In this document: piece by piece, positions 1 through 8,141 of the stretch
How positions within the stretch are numbered: the stretch's first letter is position 1
How the letters are laid out: every line of letters starts with the position of its first letter
Assembly (NCBI GenBank): GCA_044345405.1
Contig: JBIJBE010000053.1
Coordinates: 1-20,604 of the forward strand
Source: Bdellovibrionota bacterium
GTDB lineage: Bacteria; Bdellovibrionota_C; UBA2361; OMII01
Direction of reading: 5' to 3'
DNA: 20,604 nt
Position numbers and translations under genes: made by a program
Notes under the pieces: generated by a model
Databases searched by the model: none
Told to the model about the DNA's origin: nothing
What the model saw: the letters and a program-made list of their open reading frames with translations, nothing else

Positions 1-2
1 AC

Positions 3-995
3 CTCGACGCCATTTCGCGTGGAGAGAAGGACAACCTTGAGAAGCTTCGTTCCTTCTACTTCGGCGATGAGAGCATCACCAAGGGCTTGAAGGATCTCGT
101 AACGCAGGGAGAGGAGACGATCGATCCCCGCGAGGTTTGCGGCATTAACCTCGGCGTTGATAGCCAAGGCCGTAAAGTTGAGATCCGTATCGGTCGATGG
201 GGACCATTCCTCGCTAACGGAGAAACTCGCGCGAGCCTTCCTGAGGGCGTCACGTTTGATGAGCTTAATGCTGAGAAGGCTGAAGCGCTCCTCGCTGAGG
301 CAGCGAAGGGCCCAGCGTCCCTTGGAAACGATCCAGAGACAAACGAGCCGATCTATCTGAAGAAGGGACGATTCGGTCCATACGTTCAACGCGGCGACAT
401 GGTTGAAGGTGGCGAGAAGCCGAAGATGGCATCCCTCCTTCCTGGCATGGCGCCTGATTCCGTAACGCTTGATACAGCCTTGATGCTTCTCTCGCTTCCA
501 CGCACTGTCGGCAAGAATCCTGAGAACGAAGCTGACATTACGATCCAGAACGGTCGCTTCGGTCCGTACATTAAGTGCGGCACTGAGAGTCGAACGATCC
601 CAGCGGACGAGTCGCCGTTCACGATGACCCTTGAGCGATCGATTGAGATCTTGAAGCAACCTCGCACTCGTGGTCGCGCCTCAAATCAACCGAAGACCTT
701 GAAGGAGGTGGGCAAGCACCCACGCTCAGGCGAAACCGTTTCCATCAAGAGCGGACGCTACGGTCCGTACGTTACAGACGGGACTGTTAACGCATCCCTC
801 CCACAGGGTGCGGAGCCTGAGGCATTGACGATGGAGCAAGCTGTAGAGCTTCTCGACGCTCGAGCCGCCAAGGGGCCATCCAAGGGACGTAAGCGAGCAG
901 CGAAAGCTAAGCCAGCGGCGGAGCCAAAGAAGAAGGCCGCGGCACCGAAGAAGCCTCGCGCGAAGGCCACGAAGAAGAAGGCGGCTGAGGAGTAG
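3..995 (+). CDS. topA: DNA topoisomerase I, C-terminal part (5'-truncated by window edge)
   Basis: Frame is open from position 3 (LDAISRGEKDNLEKLRSFYFG...). Four topoisomerase C-terminal repeats (GRWGPF, GRFGPY, GRFGPY, GRYGPY, with 'SLPRTVG' and 'VTDGTVNASLP') and a Lys/Ala-rich tail, as in zinc-ribbon-less TopA. Confidence 0.93.
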   Translation, partial: LDAISRGEKDNLEKLRSFYFGDESITKGLKDLVTQGEETIDPREVCGINLGVDSQGRKVEIRIGRWGPFLANGETRASLPEGVTFDELNAEKAEALLAEAAKGPASLGNDPETNEPIYLKKGRFGPYVQRGDMVEGGEKPKMASLLPGMAPDSVTLDTALMLLSLPRTVGKNPENEADITIQNGRFGPYIKCGTESRTIPADESPFTMTLERSIEILKQPRTRGRASNQPKTLKEVGKHPRSGETVSIKSGRYGPYVTDGTVNASLPQGAEPEALTMEQAVELLDARAAKGPSKGRKRAAKAKPAAEPKKKAAAPKKPRAKATKKKAAEE

Positions 996-1040
996 CCGAT
1001 TAAGACGACGTGCGGCGCTCCAAGGCGTGCCCCGGCATCT

Positions 1041-1161
1041 GGGAGGGCGGTCAGCCTGTCCCTCGTAGCGCAGCGAAGTGGGATCCTGACCGCCGCGTTT
1101 CATGAGGCGAAGGTCATAGGCGATACGCGGCATCTCGGCGACCAGGAATGGTCGCCCTCCC
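1041..1161. repeat. REP/MITE-like structured intergenic element with 9-bp terminal inverted repeat
   Basis: GGGAGGGCG (1041-1049) / CGCCCTCCC (1153-1161). Internal stems: GGCGGTCAG/CTGACCGCC (1046-1054/1086-1094), GCCGCGT/ACGCGGC (1092-1098/1125-1131), GGCGACCA-ggaa-TGGTCGCC (1137-1156). Confidence 0.55.
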
Positions 1162-1301
1162 GCTGTGCGACCATGGCCTTAGAGCAAAGCCGAACACCGA
1201 AAATAGCACACCGTTAACCTGCTCACCGTCCGCGATCCCCACTATGCAAATTTTTTACACCGTATTACCTAATTGCGGAATCAAACACTACAAGGCGCTC
1301 T

Positions 1302-2189
1302 ATGCAGACGATCGTGTACCTCACACTGCTCTATTTCCTTTTCGGATCCATCATCGGGAGCTTCCTCGGCGTGTGCGCCTATCGGATCCCGATGGGGAAA
1401 TACGAGCCGATTCATGGGGGTGTAAGGGAGCTCAATCGTACGCTCTCGCTCGTGAGCCCGGCCCGCTCCTTCTGTCCGTCATGTGAGCAAACGCTTGCGT
1501 GGTGGCATACCATTCCTCTCGTTTCGTGGCTCATCCTACGAGGTCGGTGCGGACACTGCGGCGCCAAGATTCCCTTTCGCTATTTCTTCATCGAGCTCCT
1601 CACAGGAACGTTGTGCGCACTCACCTTCCTTCGCTTCGGACCAACGGCCACCGGCCTCGTAGCGTTCGGCTTCATCTGCCTTTGCGTTATCATCACCTTT
1701 ATCGACCTCGACTACATGATCATCCCAGATGTGATCACCTATCCGGCAACCGCGATCGGAATCGCGGTAGGAATAGCGAATCGATACATGCCAGCTCCAA
1801 TACTCGGGCGTCCGTTTGTATCATCGCCATGGGAATCGTTTTACGGACTTCTTATGGGCCCCGGTCTCTTGATGGCGGTATGGTGGCTCTATCTTAAAAT
1901 AAGAAAGCGAGAGGGGCTCGGGCTTGGAGATGTTAAGTTCCTCGCCATGGTCGGCGCCACATTCGGCATGGAGAGCGCCTGGTTCACGATCTTTTTCGGT
2001 TCGATTTTGGGATCGATTATAGCGATCGCCGCGTTGCTCGCGCGCAAAGGATCTTTTGGAAGCTACTTCCCCTTCGGACCATACCTTGTGCTCGCCGCGG
2101 TGGGGTACCTCCTCGATCTCCATCTGCTCATCGGGCATCTGATCAATCCAACGATACCTCTTACATGGTGGATAACCACACAACTATGA
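1302..2189 (+). CDS. pilD: Type IV prepilin peptidase / N-methyltransferase (A24A)
   Basis: GSFLGVCAYRIP, zinc motif CPSC...CGHC, 'IPLVSWLILRGRC', catalytic Asp motifs FIDL and GLGDVK, C-terminal PFGPYL, multiple hydrophobic segments. Confidence 0.95.
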   Translation: MQTIVYLTLLYFLFGSIIGSFLGVCAYRIPMGKYEPIHGGVRELNRTLSLVSPARSFCPSCEQTLAWWHTIPLVSWLILRGRCGHCGAKIPFRYFFIELLTGTLCALTFLRFGPTATGLVAFGFICLCVIITFIDLDYMIIPDVITYPATAIGIAVGIANRYMPAPILGRPFVSSPWESFYGLLMGPGLLMAVWWLYLKIRKREGLGLGDVKFLAMVGATFGMESAWFTIFFGSILGSIIAIAALLARKGSFGSYFPFGPYLVLAAVGYLLDLHLLIGHLINPTIPLTWWITTQL

Positions 2190-3610
2190 CAGCTGCAGCC
2201 AAAGCCGATCCTGTTCAACTGCATATCCTCATCATCGATGATGACCAGGAGGTTCGCACCTCTCTGCAGACCGTTCTTGAGACCCTTGGCTATTCAACCC
2301 AAACCGCCGCCACCGGCGAGGAAGGGCTCCGAGCTATCGAGCGAAACTCATTCGATCTGGTGTTATGCGATCTCCGCTTGCCGGGAGCCTCAGGGCTAGA
2401 TGTTCTTAAGCATAAAGCGACACCGGTGCCGCTCATCCTGATGACGGCGTATGGAAACGCCGACATCGCGACACAGGCCGCGCACGCCGGTGCCTTCAAC
2501 TACATCTCAAAGCCCATCAACCCGGACGACCTCATCTTTATTCTGCGAAAGTTCGAGGATTTTGAGCGCCTCAAGCGAGAGAACGAACAGCTCAAGGCGA
2601 ACCTCTCCGAGAAATACTCGTTCAAAAACATCGTGGCACAGAGCGAAAGTTTTAAAGAGGTGTTCGAAACGATTAAACGCCTCTCGCCTTTCAACACGAC
2701 GGTCATGATTACCGGGGAATCTGGCACGGGCAAAGAGCTACTCGCTCGAGCTATTCATGAAAGTTCCCCCCGTCGCGGAAAGCCCTTTGTCGCGATCAAC
2801 TGTGGCGCTATTCCCGAGAACTTGATGGAGTCCGAGCTGTTCGGACACAAGAAGGGAGCCTTCACTGACGCGAGTAGGGACAAGAAAGGACTTTTCGAGG
2901 AAGCAAGCGGTGGCACCCTCTTTCTCGACGAGGTCGGAGAGCTTCCCCTTCATCTTCAGGTGAAGCTCTTGCGAGCGCTGCAGGAGCAAACGATCCGTCG
3001 AGTCGGTGACGAACAGAGCATTCCGATCGATGTTCGGCTCGTATCCGCGACGCTGCGCAATCTTGAGAACGACGCTCTTGAGGGGCGGTTTCGAGAGGAC
3101 CTTCTCTACCGACTCAATGTAGTGTCGGTACACCTGCCTCCCCTGCGAGAGCGCGTTGAGGACATCTCTCTCCTTATCGAACACTTTCTAAAAAAGCACT
3201 CAAAGCGGCTCGGCATTCCGGCTAAGAGGGTCGGAGCGGACGTGATGAAAGTTCTTCTTGAGTATGAATGGCGTGGCAACGCTCGCGAGCTTGAGAACTG
3301 CATGGAGCGGTCGCTCGTACTTTCTCAAGGTGAAGAGATCGGGGTTGATTCCCTTCCTGAGCAAGTCACTCGTGCACAGGCCAAGCGCCTTCAGAAGGCG
3401 TCAGGCGCTCAAGAGCATCAGGACGACAACCTGTCGATCAAACAGAAGACAGCCGCCCTTGAGCTCGATCTCATTCAACGAGCGCTCGCGAAAACCGGAG
3501 GGAACCGAACCCATGCGGCAAAGATCTTAGAGATCAGCCACCGTGCTCTGCTCTATAAGTTAAAGGAATACGGACTCTCCGGAGGGGATTCCAGCACCAA
3601 AGAGGGCTAA
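2186..3610 (+). CDS. Sigma54-dependent response regulator (REC-AAA+-Fis HTH; NtrC/PilR family)
   Basis: REC (ILIIDDD, LVLCD, SKP), Walker A GESGTGKE, ESELFGH-KK-GAFTDA, Walker B LFLDE, FREDLLYRL, GNAREL, HTH GNRTHAAKILEIS. ATG at 2186 overlaps the pilD stop (ATGA), so it is preferred over 2165. Confidence 0.93.
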   Translation: MTAAAKADPVQLHILIIDDDQEVRTSLQTVLETLGYSTQTAATGEEGLRAIERNSFDLVLCDLRLPGASGLDVLKHKATPVPLILMTAYGNADIATQAAHAGAFNYISKPINPDDLIFILRKFEDFERLKRENEQLKANLSEKYSFKNIVAQSESFKEVFETIKRLSPFNTTVMITGESGTGKELLARAIHESSPRRGKPFVAINCGAIPENLMESELFGHKKGAFTDASRDKKGLFEEASGGTLFLDEVGELPLHLQVKLLRALQEQTIRRVGDEQSIPIDVRLVSATLRNLENDALEGRFREDLLYRLNVVSVHLPPLRERVEDISLLIEHFLKKHSKRLGIPAKRVGADVMKVLLEYEWRGNARELENCMERSLVLSQGEEIGVDSLPEQVTRAQAKRLQKASGAQEHQDDNLSIKQKTAALELDLIQRALAKTGGNRTHAAKILEISHRALLYKLKEYGLSGGDSSTKEG

Positions 3611-3689
3611 CCTCTCATGTAGTCTATAATCAACAAACGCGGCTACCTCCAGGCTGCCCAAATAGGGGGATATTCACTAACTACCTGTT

Positions 3690-3709
3690 TGTTGAAAACC
3701 TGTGGATAA
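3690..3709 (-). promoter_or_regulatory. Tandem DnaA boxes
   Basis: Minus strand reads TTATCCACA-GG-TTTTCAACA: a perfect box at 3701-3709 and a 1-mismatch box at 3690-3698, in an AT-rich intergenic region. Confidence 0.6.
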
Positions 3710-3885
3710 CTCTCATCCAACGGGCACTCAAACACCCTCCAAACGACCAAAAAAACAGTCAAAAATTTTGTACTTTTTTTGTGGTCGTAAGCACCTTTTT
3801 CGTCATTTAACCGATTAATATAATTAGTTTTATTGCTAAGTCCGGGCATTTGGTGGAAAGCACCAGAGTGCCTTAATCTAGATCT

Positions 3886-5568
3886 ATGCTTTCACAACGA
3901 ACCATCGAGCAGCTTATTCCGATCCTGAAGAAGGACGCTCGTCGTGCACTCAAGATGAGGGTCCGCGGTTTCGTACACCCATACTACTGCGCCTTTTTGT
4001 TGAAGGATGTCCACTGGTTTAACACCTGGGCGAGCAGCGGATCCACGTGTCGCTCTCAGACCGATCGCTCTCGCAACGTCAACTGCGACCTCCGCGTTGG
4101 GTCCTACGATTACGATCAAGTCCTCGACGGTGGGCTGCGAGAAATGGATGAAGATCTTGAGTCACTCGCTCACTCAACCGTTCCGATCGATGACAACAAT
4201 TTCGATGGGTTGCGTATCACCGTGTGGAAGCTCCTCGAGAGCAAGTTCAGAGAAGCTCTTACGGAATACAACACCAAAGAGGCGAGCCGTATCTCTACCC
4301 GCGACCCCAATAACGGACTTCCTTCATTCACCAGAGGGAAGAGAGCGTCATACCGTCACCTCACACGCATGGAGGCGGTCGATCACGAAGCGTGGGATAA
4401 ATTCTGCAAAAAGGCCTCGCTCTGGATGTCTACCCTTCCCCGCCTCTCCGGTAGTTGGGTCGAATTCGACGCGTCACAGGAGACCCGCATCTTTGTGAAC
4501 ACCGAGGGGAGCGTTATAGCGCAGAACGCTCAAGTCTTTTCCCTCTCCGCTAATTTTCACAAGCTCACTAAAGAGGGCTCACGGCTCGAGCAGGAGCTCG
4601 TTATTAACTGCGGGTCGCTCAAAGAGCTACCTGACTTGGCGACCTTTAAGAAGCTCGCCCTTGAGAAGTACGAGAAGTTGATGCGGATGGCGCGAGCGAA
4701 GAAGATTCACGCGTTTTCCGGTCCCGTGCTTCTACATCCGGGGCCAGCCGGACTGCTGTTTCACGAGGCCGTTGGTCACCGACTTGAGGGAAGTCGGCTT
4801 TTGTCGAGCGGCGAGGGACAAACCTTCCGTGGTCAAGAGGGCAAGCAGGTCCTCAAGGTTCCTATTACCGTGAGAGACAACCCGAACTTAAAAGAGTTCA
4901 ATGGACAGAGATGTATTGGCTCCTACGACTATGATGACGAGGGAGTCAAAGCATCAGACACCGTGCTGATTGAGGATGGAGTTTTAAAGAACTACCTCAC
5001 GACACGCTCGGCGATCACAGAGGGGAGGTATCAATCCAACGGTCACGCTCGCACGAAGTCGAATCAACGACCGATCAGTCGTATGGCGGTCACGATCGTT
5101 GAGGGTAAGGGCGGTATCCCAATCGACCGACTCAAGGTTCGCCTTGTTCAGGAGATCAAACGGCAAAAGAAACCGTACGGTTTGATAGTGTATGAGACCT
5201 CCGGTGGCGAAACCGACACCACGAACTACGACTTCCAAGCGTTCTCGGGGGACATATCCTACGCGACCCTCGTCTATCCAAATGGACGAGAGGTTCCGGT
5301 ACGAGGGGTCAACTTCGTGGGGACGCCGCTTCAATCTCTCAACAACATCATCGCGATGGGAGACACACCGATCGTAGATAACGGATTCTGCGGCGCGGAA
5401 TCGGGACTTCTTCCTATCACCACGATCTCTCCAGCGGCGTTGATTAGCAATCTGGAGCTTCAGGGGAAGGACGAAGAGCTCGTGACCCCAAGTATTCTTC
5501 AACGTCCCAAGAGCCTCCATCGGAAGCGTAAGCGCACAAAGCAGCGCAGAAGGAAGCGGAGCGGATAG
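3886..5568 (+). CDS. TldD/PmbA-family metalloprotease (TldD-type)
   Basis: HExxGH zinc motif LFHEAVGHRLEG (4762-4779), 'YDDEGV', 'LIEDGVLKNYL', 'SNGHAR...PISRM', C-terminal 'FCG...P...SP'. Confidence 0.88.
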   Translation: MLSQRTIEQLIPILKKDARRALKMRVRGFVHPYYCAFLLKDVHWFNTWASSGSTCRSQTDRSRNVNCDLRVGSYDYDQVLDGGLREMDEDLESLAHSTVPIDDNNFDGLRITVWKLLESKFREALTEYNTKEASRISTRDPNNGLPSFTRGKRASYRHLTRMEAVDHEAWDKFCKKASLWMSTLPRLSGSWVEFDASQETRIFVNTEGSVIAQNAQVFSLSANFHKLTKEGSRLEQELVINCGSLKELPDLATFKKLALEKYEKLMRMARAKKIHAFSGPVLLHPGPAGLLFHEAVGHRLEGSRLLSSGEGQTFRGQEGKQVLKVPITVRDNPNLKEFNGQRCIGSYDYDDEGVKASDTVLIEDGVLKNYLTTRSAITEGRYQSNGHARTKSNQRPISRMAVTIVEGKGGIPIDRLKVRLVQEIKRQKKPYGLIVYETSGGETDTTNYDFQAFSGDISYATLVYPNGREVPVRGVNFVGTPLQSLNNIIAMGDTPIVDNGFCGAESGLLPITTISPAALISNLELQGKDEELVTPSILQRPKSLHRKRKRTKQRRRKRSG

Positions 5569-5605
5569 GGCTGGCGCTGTTGTACATACAGCTTCAATCG
5601 TTTCT

Positions 5606-5785
5606 CACCTGAACCTGCTCGTAAACGTGAACGTGAACGTACCCGTGCCCGGGGCGGCCCTAGCTCCACATGTTAGGCGAAAGGCTTACCACCCCGTCAT
5701 GCCTCTAACGCTCTCAGAGGCCATGCAAAAATCTCTTTTGGGGTCCGTGTACCTTTACGAGCACGTGCACGTTCACGGGTACGGG
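5606..5785. repeat. Inverted degenerate hexamer arrays (NNCGTR / YACGNN) flanking a ~100-bp spacer
   Basis: Left arm: cacctg aacctg ctcgta aacgtg aacgtg aacgta cccgtg (5606-5647). Right arm: tacgag cacgtg cacgtt cacggg tacggg (5756-5785), whose reverse complement uses the same units (cccgtg, aacgtg, ctcgta). Confidence 0.7.
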
Positions 5786-5898
5786 TTGGGTATGCGGACC
5801 GGCGCCACAAACACCGTTCAACACATATAAAAATATCCCTCCCCTACCGCACCTATCCCCCTGCGAGGGTCATCCTAACCAATACGTTAGGAGTAACT

Positions 5899-6795
5899 AT
5901 GTCCAGTGGTACGGTTGAACCCCGTCTGAACCGCCGAACGGTGACGATGGATGACAGAAAGGTTGTAAAGGAGGTCGTTCAAGAGTCGACGCTCCAACCT
6001 ATTACCCCTACTCGCTCCGAGCAGATCTACGTCCCTACCCCGCAAGCCGAACCGAAGCCCCAGGGCTATGCGGCGTTGACCGCTCAGCACATTCAGAATT
6101 CCGCTTCCATCCCGGAGCCTACGTTCCAGGCACCTAAGCAAGAGCAGCCATATCAGCCCCGTGTTGAACAATCTAACTTAAAGCCCCTCCTTCCAACGCA
6201 AGCGCCTGTTATAGCGCCTGCTGGATGCACAGTCCTCGTTATCAACGCCAGCCAAAGCATGGCGCATGAGATAACGCTCGAACTCTCCCGCACACTCCCG
6301 GGCTCGACTATCCTTTTCGCGCCGACCTTGAGTCTCGCGTTGTGGATCCTGAAGCGACGGCAGATCAACCTTATCCTCTCGAGCGCAATCCTCCCTGACG
6401 GCGCGCTCGGTACCCTTCATCAGTTTATCGAGCTCATGTCCCCTCCACCTGAATTGGTGGTTATCAGCGATCTACACTCGACTCGCGCCGAGCTAGGCTC
6501 ACACCCGGGGTACCGTTTTGTGGAGCTTCGCCGAGTATCGACTCGACAGGGCGAGGAGCGTCAGGTCATACAGAGCAGGATCTCAGAGCTCGGCGCCAAT
6601 ATTCGTAACGACCTCAACAACCCACTCCAAGAGATCGTGGCGATGGCGTTCGTTGCGCACTCAAGTCAAGGGCTCTCCCCTATGGCCGAGGAAGCGCTCT
6701 CAGCGATTCAACGCGCGGCTGGCAATATGGCCGATGTGGTGAATATGCTGGAGGATAAGATCCGCGTCGTCGTGTCGGAATCATCGGCCGCTTAG
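5899..6795 (+). CDS. Hypothetical signalling protein: P/Q-rich N-terminus, degenerate receiver domain, degenerate HisKA helix pair
   Basis: AGGAG at 5889-5893. REC-like 'TVLVINAS...NLILSSAILPDG...PELVVIS'; HisKA-like 'ELGANIRNDLNNPLQEI'; no ATPase domain. Confidence 0.7.
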   Translation: MSSGTVEPRLNRRTVTMDDRKVVKEVVQESTLQPITPTRSEQIYVPTPQAEPKPQGYAALTAQHIQNSASIPEPTFQAPKQEQPYQPRVEQSNLKPLLPTQAPVIAPAGCTVLVINASQSMAHEITLELSRTLPGSTILFAPTLSLALWILKRRQINLILSSAILPDGALGTLHQFIELMSPPPELVVISDLHSTRAELGSHPGYRFVELRRVSTRQGEERQVIQSRISELGANIRNDLNNPLQEIVAMAFVAHSSQGLSPMAEEALSAIQRAAGNMADVVNMLEDKIRVVVSESSAA

Positions 6796-6853
6796 AGCTA
6801 CCGACTCTAATCCTCATTTGCAAACCCCTTATTGCTGGCTATTGTGGCTACTC

Positions 6854-8086
6854 ATGAGCTTATCAATCGACCAAGCACCGCGTAAAAATACAGAGGCTTG
6901 GAAGCCTTACACGGTCATCATTGGAGCTCTCGCGATAATTCTCTATTTCCTACCTTTTGATACAGGGTCGTTCGGAACTATTGATTTCGTGCAGTACTGG
7001 TCAGCCTGGAAGCTTATGGCGCAAGGTCAAAATCCTTACGATCCATTCCTTCTTCACAACATTCAATCAGCCCTGAGCTCCGCGCCGTCGCCCCTCATTT
7101 ACTCATGGAATCCTCCGTGGACCTTTACACTTCTCGCTCCCTTTCATCTGCCTTCATTCCTAGGCGCCGCCAAATTATGGTGCTTGTTTCAGGTCTGTTC
7201 ACTCCTCTTCATAGCCAGCAAAGCCCCTAAAGCGCTCAACGTTCCAAACATCGGCGTGGTTGGAGGGGCTTGCGTTGCCCTGGCTTTTCTTCCGTCACTC
7301 TACACCATTTTTTATGGTCAATTGGGGACCCTCTTCGCTCTTGCATGCACATGTTTTCTACTCGCCCTGAGAAGACATAGCTACGCACTCGCTGGGGTTT
7401 CGTTACTTCCCCTCACCTTGAAGCCCCATCTCTTCATTCTCTTAGCGATTCCAGGAATAGTGTGGCTTACGCAGATTCCCCGCGCTGCGGCAGTCCGCTT
7501 CCTATTGGGAAGCATGGGCGGATTTGCGCTACTTGTTGGCGTCACGTACGCCATTGAGCCCTCATCCATCTCCTGGTGGCTCAACGCGATGCTTGGTCCA
7601 TACATCGCTCATCCCCAACGCATTCATTATCAGCAATGGATGACTCATACTCCAGCGACCGCCTTGCGCCTTGCGCTACTCCACATATACGGAGTCAATC
7701 CAACATGGCCCCTACTCGTTATCCCCGCGGGAGGGTTCGTTCTAACGGCCTTATACTTTTTCATCAGAAGGCCTTTCATAAACTGGACCACACTTTTGCC
7801 GTCTATGCTTTGCCTTTCTTTCGCGAGTTCGAGCTACGCTTGGGTGTACGACCAGCCACCTCTCGTACTCTGCCAGTACCTACTTATAAGCCATGCGTTG
7901 AATGGCCGACGAGACGCGATCTCATCTAGCATCCTGATTGGGTGCGTCGGGATCCAACTTGCGCCTCTCCTGTTAGCCGCCACTAACAACCTTCCGGGCT
8001 ACGCTTTTTTCCTGATGCCATGGGCCCTTCTTGCGCTATCGCTTTGGGCTAATCGCCGCGAGAGGATCACTCCGAGATCCTATTGA
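6854..8086 (+). CDS. GT87/DUF2029-like polytopic membrane glycosyltransferase (GT-C fold)
   Basis: DFVQYWSAWKLMAQGQNPYD, WNPPWT, 'YGQ', 'LKPH', 'WVYD' motifs; many hydrophobic segments. ATG 6854 preferred over TTG 6818. Confidence 0.75.
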   Translation: MSLSIDQAPRKNTEAWKPYTVIIGALAIILYFLPFDTGSFGTIDFVQYWSAWKLMAQGQNPYDPFLLHNIQSALSSAPSPLIYSWNPPWTFTLLAPFHLPSFLGAAKLWCLFQVCSLLFIASKAPKALNVPNIGVVGGACVALAFLPSLYTIFYGQLGTLFALACTCFLLALRRHSYALAGVSLLPLTLKPHLFILLAIPGIVWLTQIPRAAAVRFLLGSMGGFALLVGVTYAIEPSSISWWLNAMLGPYIAHPQRIHYQQWMTHTPATALRLALLHIYGVNPTWPLLVIPAGGFVLTALYFFIRRPFINWTTLLPSMLCLSFASSSYAWVYDQPPLVLCQYLLISHALNGRRDAISSSILIGCVGIQLAPLLLAATNNLPGYAFFLMPWALLALSLWANRRERITPRSY

Positions 8087-8141
8087 GGTAGGTAAACGCA
8101 CCGTCACGGGTAATGACGACAGGACGGTCTCGCGGTTTCGA

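Noticed and set aside
726-1486. ORFs 726-1133 (-) and 1148-1486 (+)
   Set aside because: They overlap topA and pilD respectively and run through the GC-rich palindromic element; no protein features.
2167-2175. One-mismatch DnaA box (GGTGGATAA)
   Set aside because: Isolated and explained by pilD codons (W-W-I-T).
3643-3849. 68-aa minus-strand ORF in the AT-rich intergenic region
   Set aside because: No motif or SD; composition fits a promoter or origin region.
5606-5785. Possible CRISPR or iteron array
   Set aside because: Units are 6 bp, contiguous and without unique spacers; no cas or rep genes.
5627-5830. 67-aa ORF with VNVNVP and HVHVHG dipeptide runs
   Set aside because: By-product of the hexamer arrays; GTG start inside the repeat and no SD.
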